This document shows, piece after piece, positions 26,651 through 32,247 of a DNA stretch of 32,247 bases (within the stretch, counting starts at the first letter, position 1; each line of letters starts with the position of its first letter). The notes under the pieces are model-generated. The model ran no database searches and was not told the origin of the DNA. It worked only from the letters and a program-made list of their open reading frames with translations. A program made the position numbers and the translations under genes. The stretch is from a virus (Duplodnaviria; Caudoviricetes): the IMG/VR virus record IMGVR_UViG_3300042860_003557, positions 1-32,247 of that record. One strand, given 5' to 3'.

Positions 26651-27026
26651 TGTCAATATTCACTGTGTGGTATTTGGGGTCAATGCGTCTTTAAACAAAA
26701 GGTGTGTTTTATCTGTAGATAATGATAAATTGGTTTTACCAAAATTTATTTTAGAAAATGATCTATTAAAAAATCTTAATGAAAATATTATTAAATTTCT
26801 CAAACAATATGTTTTTGTTAATGATCTCGAATTATTGCCACAGCTTATTTCATTAAATCATGTTTCATTAAATCAAGAACAAGATACTCTTGATATTGTT
26901 TATGGTTTTATTATAGACTATAATAGTAGTATAGATAATACCAAGGCATATTGGATTGATTTTGATATTTTGAAAGAGCAGCCATTAAGTTTAGTATTAC
27001 TTGAAACTATTCAAAAGCTATCATAA
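26643..27026 (+). CDS. Hypothetical protein
   Basis: ORF track; overlaps the sigma gene stop. Confidence 0.75.
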   Translation: MFNVNIHCVVFGVNASLNKRCVLSVDNDKLVLPKFILENDLLKNLNENIIKFLKQYVFVNDLELLPQLISLNHVSLNQEQDTLDIVYGFIIDYNSSIDNTKAYWIDFDILKEQPLSLVLLETIQKLS

Positions 27027-27028
27027 TA

Positions 27029-27400
27029 ATGATTAATTATATATCAAAATTTTTCAATAAACAATCTAATAATATAACAGCAAAAGAAAATATTAATAAT
27101 GGTATTTTATTTGAAATAGATCAAAATGAAAAAACAGATGTTATTTTTCAAATTGGTAATATGGATGCTAATGCAGCATCACAATTTGGTTTTTTTCTAT
27201 TTTTATTAAACGAAGGATATTATGTACAAACTATGACAGATATACTATTGGGAATGGCTAAAGAAGGTGGAGAAAAAGCGGCTTTTAGTCAAAATGCTAT
27301 TTCTATGTGGTCTAAAAAAATATTAGAGAGCGAAAAATATAATGCAGAAAATAGTGATCCTATTATTAAACCGACACAATTTCATGTGGCATATAAATAA
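27029..27400 (+). CDS. Hypothetical protein
   Basis: ORF track; operon packing. Confidence 0.75.
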   Translation: MINYISKFFNKQSNNITAKENINNGILFEIDQNEKTDVIFQIGNMDANAASQFGFFLFLLNEGYYVQTMTDILLGMAKEGGEKAAFSQNAISMWSKKILESEKYNAENSDPIIKPTQFHVAYK

Positions 27401-27405
27401 AATCT

Positions 27406-27867
27406 ATGAATGAAAATAAACCAATGGTTGTGTGGGAAAAATGGATAGATCCTTTTGGTAGAGATACTGATGAGGCTAAGTGGACTGACTATAATAATAA
27501 TATTGATGATCTTAATGAAATATTGCCAGAATCTAATGATCTAGATGAAGATAATCATAAACACCTGGTAAATAATCCTATTAAAGTTATAGCTTCTCCA
27601 CTAGGACTCATACCATACAATGAACACACAGCAAGTAGTAAAATTTTTAATTTTTGGCTTGGTCATACAAATTTCAATATAAGTAATGAAATTAAGGATT
27701 TAATTGAGCGGTCTCATGGTGTAGAAATTTTAGATATTTTTACAAGATATAGATTTAGAATTGCTATTGGTAAATGTTTTATTGATTCTGAGGTAATGAA
27801 TGAAATTAATCAAAAAATGTATGACTTTTTAGGCTATAAACATGACACCAATCAATCAACTACATAA
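27406..27867 (+). CDS. Hypothetical protein
   Basis: ORF track; conserved-looking WLGHTNF and GVEILDIFTRYRFRIAIGKCF. Confidence 0.78.
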   Translation: MNENKPMVVWEKWIDPFGRDTDEAKWTDYNNNIDDLNEILPESNDLDEDNHKHLVNNPIKVIASPLGLIPYNEHTASSKIFNFWLGHTNFNISNEIKDLIERSHGVEILDIFTRYRFRIAIGKCFIDSEVMNEINQKMYDFLGYKHDTNQSTT

Positions 27868-28510
27868 TATTCATGACTATAATATAGATATAGATAATAG
27901 AGAAATTTATTTACATTCTTATTTTAATGAAGAAGAAGATGAGTCTGGTGTAGACTATAGATCAGCTATAGTATTTGAAAAAAATTTAAGATATCTTAAT
28001 TTACTATCATTAGATCCTATTCTTATACACATGCATTTACCTGGAGGGGATTGGCAAGATTGTCTAGGTATTTATGATGCTATCAAGTCCAGTAAAAGTA
28101 AAACTATTATAGTAGCATCTGCTAAAGTAGAGTCCAGCAGTACTGTTTTGTTGCAGGCGGCGGATTTAAGAATCTTAACTCCTAATACCAATTTTTTGGT
28201 TCATTATGGGTCAATTAGCGTGGATAATGAACATAAAGCAGCTTTAAGCATGGTTCAATGGAGCGAAAAAGAGAGCGAAAAGATGATTGATATATTTACA
28301 GAAAAGTGTATAAATAGTATGATATCTAAAGAGAAAAATTGGAAAAAAATGATGGCCAGAAAACATATTGTGAGTCAATTAGCAACTAAAAGAGATTGGA
28401 TTTTAACAGCAGAAGAAGCGGTTAGATACGGTTTTGCTGATGGAATACTTGGCACTAAGAGATATCCTAATATCGATTATATCAAAAACTTAATGAAAAA
28501 ATCAAAATAA
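27842..28510 (+). CDS. ClpP-like protease subunit
   Basis: REIYL, PGG, VESSSTVLLQ (Ser), FLVHYG (His), RDWILTAEEAVRYGFADGI (Asp). Confidence 0.82.
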   Translation: MTPINQLHNIHDYNIDIDNREIYLHSYFNEEEDESGVDYRSAIVFEKNLRYLNLLSLDPILIHMHLPGGDWQDCLGIYDAIKSSKSKTIIVASAKVESSSTVLLQAADLRILTPNTNFLVHYGSISVDNEHKAALSMVQWSEKESEKMIDIFTEKCINSMISKEKNWKKMMARKHIVSQLATKRDWILTAEEAVRYGFADGILGTKRYPNIDYIKNLMKKSK

Positions 28511-28511
28511 T

Positions 28512-29183
28512 ATGTATATTGACTTTGCTATAACATCTACGGATATATCAGAATCAGACGCAAAACAAATTATACAAGAAATAATCAGTTATCCTATAAA
28601 TAGTATTACTGTACCATTTTATTTAATTAAAACAGCTAAGAATTTATTAGGCCCATCTTCTAACAAGATATTATCTTGCCTAATTGATTATCCATTAGGA
28701 ATTTCAGATCTTAAAACACGAAAGTGTGCAATAGAACAAGCTTTTAAAATTGGTACAAATTGTATAGATATGGCTATGCCACAAAATTTAGCAGCCAATA
28801 GAAAGTATGATAAAATTCGTGAAGATATAAAGTCTACTCAAGAATTTTGTATAGAACATAATTTAAGTGTTAAATATATCTTAGAATATAGAATGTTTGA
28901 CCATCATTGTCTTAAAAAAATATGTGAAATTTTTGAGAATCATCAAATTACACATGTTTATCCATCTACTGGATTTTTTTTAGATAATTTAGCCGATAAT
29001 ATCCTAGCATCCATTTTTTTGCATCAAAACTCTAAAGACTTAAATGTTATATCCACAGGAAATATCTGGACAGATAAGCATTTTGAAACGATTATAAAAT
29101 CTGGCCTATTTGGTTTTAGAACAACCTCCATCCATAGCCTGAAAAATTTCATGCTTTTCAATTCTAGTCGTAAAGAGAAATAA
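28512..29183 (+). CDS. DeoC (deoxyribose-phosphate aldolase)-like TIM barrel with catalytic lysines substituted
   Basis: IDYPLG, IDM, KYILE and STGF match the DeoC layout; KTSTG is replaced by YPSTG. Confidence 0.65.
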   Translation: MYIDFAITSTDISESDAKQIIQEIISYPINSITVPFYLIKTAKNLLGPSSNKILSCLIDYPLGISDLKTRKCAIEQAFKIGTNCIDMAMPQNLAANRKYDKIREDIKSTQEFCIEHNLSVKYILEYRMFDHHCLKKICEIFENHQITHVYPSTGFFLDNLADNILASIFLHQNSKDLNVISTGNIWTDKHFETIIKSGLFGFRTTSIHSLKNFMLFNSSRKEK

Positions 29184-29196
29184 TGGTGTATAAAAA
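29184..29196 (+). promoter_or_regulatory. Intergenic TGGTGTA motif, candidate late promoter element
   Basis: TGGTGTATAAAAA about 50 nt upstream of the first probable virion gene. Confidence 0.45.
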
Positions 29197-29235
29197 GTCT
29201 AGTTAACAAACATCTTTTTATTATGGAGTACAATA

Positions 29236-29805
29236 ATGGCCACAGCACAAGTCAACGGTTCCGCTTTAACAAATAATGGCTATGGTTCTTTTTTAGAAGC
29301 CAATAATGCACACGGCACAATGAAGGCCAACGGAACAGCCACATCAAATATTGTAGAAAGTGTTACAACACCAAGTCCAGTAGTAGATGCTTTTGCATCG
29401 AAGGTTGTTGAAGATACAGTAACAGTAAAAGATTATGCTGGTAAGGCTGTTTCTGGTGGTGTTTTTGCCCATAATCATGTCAAACCAATTTCAAGTTTAA
29501 TTACTGATGAATTAGCTGGACTAAGTAATAATAGTATCAAAACACCAGGTAATGATCAGGATACTATTCGTAGTATAAATAAACTAGAAACACTTCGTAC
29601 TCGCAAACTTACCACAGCCATTAGAGAGAACAAATACAATCGTTATACAAATGAGTTTGATGCTGGCTATCCACAAGTCTCAGTAGACACATTGGCAACA
29701 GACGAAGCAGCCGCTCCAACCTCCAGTGTTCCTGGCGAATTGACCTATATGAGTGGTGCTAAGACTCCTTACAATGATAACTACAAGGCTAAGACCAGTT
29801 ATTGA
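29236..29805 (+). CDS. Probable virion structural protein
   Basis: Ala/Thr/Ser/Asn-rich, no Cys or Trp, GGAG RBS, first gene of the structural block. Confidence 0.55.
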   Translation: MATAQVNGSALTNNGYGSFLEANNAHGTMKANGTATSNIVESVTTPSPVVDAFASKVVEDTVTVKDYAGKAVSGGVFAHNHVKPISSLITDELAGLSNNSIKTPGNDQDTIRSINKLETLRTRKLTTAIRENKYNRYTNEFDAGYPQVSVDTLATDEAAAPTSSVPGELTYMSGAKTPYNDNYKAKTSY

Positions 29806-29837
29806 TATAATTATATTTTTTAAATTATTGACACAAT

Positions 29838-29872
29838 ATAAGCCAATGATACATTTTGTGTCGTTGGCTTAT
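29838..29872 (+). terminator. 16-bp hairpin, terminator or mRNA-stabilising stem
   Basis: ATAAGCCAATGATACA-TTT-TGTGTCGTTGGCTTAT with 2 G-U pairs; only a weak U tract follows. Confidence 0.55.
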
Positions 29873-29890
29873 TCAATATAGGGGCTAAAT

Positions 29891-30211
29891 ATGTCAGACA
29901 CAATCATTCATTTCTGGGAAAATATTGCTACGACTAGTATAGGAATTATTGTAACAATGATGGGTTTTTGGGTAGCAATAGGTAAAAAAATGGTCACTAA
30001 AGCAGAAGTGGCTGAGTTGATAAAAAATGAAAGTCCTTATCTTCAAGATAGACAATTTATTATGGAAAGATTAGCTAGTAATAAAGAAACACAAGCCGCT
30101 TTTGCGTCTGCACTACAAAGAAACAGCGATGTAATGAATGAACTCAAAGTACAAATAGCTACTTTAGGTAAAACACTAGAAGCTTTAGAAGATAGAATAG
30201 AAAGAGTTTAA
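29891..30211 (+). CDS. Single-TM protein with coiled-coil C-terminus
   Basis: SIGIIVTMMGFWVAIG followed by heptad repeats. Confidence 0.75.
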   Translation: MSDTIIHFWENIATTSIGIIVTMMGFWVAIGKKMVTKAEVAELIKNESPYLQDRQFIMERLASNKETQAAFASALQRNSDVMNELKVQIATLGKTLEALEDRIERV

Positions 30212-30212
30212 A

Positions 30213-30617
30213 ATGGCAGCTACTGAATATAATTTTTCTATAGAACAAGGATCATCTTTTAGATTATTATTAACATATAAAGATACTAATGGAGATGTTA
30301 TAGATCTAACTGGATATTGCGCTAGACTAACAATGAAAGTTGGAGGGCAAGAATTTAAAACTTTTAGTACTTTAAATAACGATTATACTGAATATAAATT
30401 TACTATTGATGGCCCACAAGGTAGTATTAATTTATTAATTCCTGCTAGTGCTACTAATAATTATACCTTTAATAGCGCTAAATATGATCTTGAACTACAA
30501 AGCCCACAGGATTTATATGTTGGTGGGGGTAAATATACCATAAGAGTATTATATGGAACTATTTCTATTATTAAACGATTTAGTCAATCAACCACTCTGC
30601 TAGACTGCACAATATGA
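30213..30617 (+). CDS. Probable virion tail/adaptor beta-sandwich protein
   Basis: IEQGSSF...IDLTGY.AR...YDLEL...VLYG pattern recalled from genes next to tail fibres. Confidence 0.65.
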   Translation: MAATEYNFSIEQGSSFRLLLTYKDTNGDVIDLTGYCARLTMKVGGQEFKTFSTLNNDYTEYKFTIDGPQGSINLLIPASATNNYTFNSAKYDLELQSPQDLYVGGGKYTIRVLYGTISIIKRFSQSTTLLDCTI

Positions 30618-32247
30618 GCTGTTTTGATGTTAAAATTATAGATCCAGATATAAACACCATAGAAATACAAACTTGTATTGGTGAACAGCCATCTTCTATA
30701 GATATAGTTACATATGACAATACTGCACTAGTAGAAGTTTCTCATTGTATAGCATTATTGCCTTCGGATATTAGTGAGCTAATTCCTGTGCAAGATATAG
30801 TGGCTGGTAGTGGAATCTCAGTTAGTAGTATTAGTGGCATATATACTATTTCATCAAATAATAGTGATCCTGTAAGTCTATTAGAAACCGTACAAGATAT
30901 TATTGGTAATAGTGGGCTATTAGCTGGAAATTATATTAACGTAAACTATAATGATTCTACTGGATATACTACTGTTTCAGCCACAGGATTGCAACCTAGT
31001 GGAAATTATAGCGTTGATGGTCATACTCATACAAGCTCTAATATTACAGATTTTAACTCTAGTGTTAGCGGACTTCTTCCTGTTAAGAATATTAGTGCTG
31101 GCAGCGGCATAGGAATATCTTCAGTTTCTGGTGATTTTACAGTTAGTGTTACTGGGACTTTTGGTCTTACTGACGAAGAAGTTGATGATAGAGTAAGTAA
31201 TTTATTAGTGGGTGGTAATTATGTAAATCTTAATTATAATGATTTAGGAAACAGTCTAATAATTTCTGTTACTGGCGTTCAGCCAAGTGGAAACTATAGT
31301 TTAATTGGACACTCTCACAATACTAGTGATATAACAGACTTTAATAGCGGAGTAAGCGGACTCCTTCCTAGCGTTAGTGGCAGCGGATATATAGTATCGT
31401 CTTTCGCTAATAATATCTATACTCTTAGCACTAGTGGGCTACAACCAAGTGGTAACTATAGTGTTGTTGGTCATTCACATGTTATAGCTGATGTTTCGGG
31501 ATTGCAAAATGCTTTAGATAGTAAACAACCAAGTGGAGTTTATGCTAGTGGTATTCATTATCATATTAGTTCTGATATCACAGACTTCAATAGTGCTGTT
31601 AGTGGATTGATTCCTCCGTCTAACTTTACTTCACTAACTGGATTAAGCGGAATAGTTGTCACTAATAGTGGCACAAATTATTTTGTAACATTAAGTGATC
31701 CTACTATTCAACTAGCTGATATTACAGATCTATCTTCTAATGCTAGAACTTTTTTATTAACACCGTCTAGTAGTAATCTTAATACTTTAATTAGTGATGA
31801 AACTGGGTCTGGAAATTTAGTATTTAATAATAGTCCCGCTTTTAGTGGCACCCCAACTGTGCCAACAGCACCAAGCGGAACAAATTCTACCCAAATTGCT
31901 AGCACAGCATTTGTTAGAACAGAAATCAGTAACCTAATAGACTCCGCCCCATCAACACTAGATACTCTTAATGAATTAGCAGCAGCACTAGGTGACGATC
32001 CTAATTTTGCCACCACTATTGCTAGTGGATTGGGACAAAAGGCAAATTTAAGCGGAGCTATTTTCACTGGATCAGTAACTATTCCTAGCGGAACTGGCAA
32101 TTTTGATAGTTTAACAGTTGGAGGGGTGGTGGTGAGCATTAGTGGTCACTCTCACGTTACTAATGACATCACAAACTTTAATTCATCCGTTAGTGGACTA
32201 CTTCCAGTTAAAGACATATTAGCTGGTAGCGGTATTTCTGTATCATC
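30614..32247 (+). CDS. Tail-fibre-like repeat protein, 3'-truncated by the window edge (not in ORF track)
   Basis: ATG 30614 with ATGA overlap, read as open to the window end; repeats QPSGNYS..GHxH...ITDFNS.VSGLLP; TPTVPTAPSGTNSTQIASTAFV and APSTLDTLNELAAALGDDPNFATT tail-fibre motifs. Confidence 0.88.
   Translation, partial: MSCFDVKIIDPDINTIEIQTCIGEQPSSIDIVTYDNTALVEVSHCIALLPSDISELIPVQDIVAGSGISVSSISGIYTISSNNSDPVSLLETVQDIIGNSGLLAGNYINVNYNDSTGYTTVSATGLQPSGNYSVDGHTHTSSNITDFNSSVSGLLPVKNISAGSGIGISSVSGDFTVSVTGTFGLTDEEVDDRVSNLLVGGNYVNLNYNDLGNSLIISVTGVQPSGNYSLIGHSHNTSDITDFNSGVSGLLPSVSGSGYIVSSFANNIYTLSTSGLQPSGNYSVVGHSHVIADVSGLQNALDSKQPSGVYASGIHYHISSDITDFNSAVSGLIPPSNFTSLTGLSGIVVTNSGTNYFVTLSDPTIQLADITDLSSNARTFLLTPSSSNLNTLISDETGSGNLVFNNSPAFSGTPTVPTAPSGTNSTQIASTAFVRTEISNLIDSAPSTLDTLNELAAALGDDPNFATTIASGLGQKANLSGAIFTGSVTIPSGTGNFDSLTVGGVVVSISGHSHVTNDITNFNSSVSGLLPVKDILAGSGISVS

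Noticed and set aside
26643-27026. Nudix-fold call
   Set aside because: The N-terminal strands are suggestive but there is no Nudix box
29891-30211. Holin call
   Set aside because: A single TM plus coiled coil is not diagnostic, and no endolysin is adjacent
1123-32139. All minus-strand ORFs in the track (e.g. 1702-2460, 12240-12512, 31708-32139)
   Set aside because: They lie opposite + strand genes and show no recognisable motifs; treated as shadow ORFs
1-32247. Stop-codon reassignment, CRISPR arrays, integrase or transposase
   Set aside because: Genes are intact and tightly packed in the standard code with TAA, TGA and TAG all used as stops; no arrays or recombinase motifs seen

Overview
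AT-rich, densely packed window with essentially all genes on the + strand, most consistent with part of a large tailed dsDNA phage genome read in the standard genetic code. In order: the C-terminal part of an ATP-dependent DNA ligase, a sulfotransferase-like gene, an HhH-GPD glycosylase, small genes with a tRNA-Leu(TAA), a minimal kinase, T4-like rIIA/rIIB, a Zn-ribbon/RuvA-C-terminal-like protein coupled to RuvB, a membrane protein plus actin-fold ATPase, AlkB, a secreted trypsin-like protease, a macrodomain, a glycan-building cluster, NDT-like and GMP reductase genes, a sigma-like factor, ClpP-like and DeoC-like proteins, and the start of a virion/tail-fibre module. The strongest leads are: (1) RuvB paired with a protein that keeps only a RuvA domain-III-like tail fused to a Zn ribbon; (2) near-complete avoidance of TTA codons in four genes behind sigma70-type promoters, while the phage carries its own tRNA-Leu(UAA); (3) two unannotated structured RNA candidates; (4) an actin plus membrane-anchor pair; (5) a NodZ/CAP59/FkbM-type glycan pathway; (6) a DeoC homolog lacking its Schiff-base lysine. 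All family calls come from motifs recognised by eye and all counts are manual; no searches were run.
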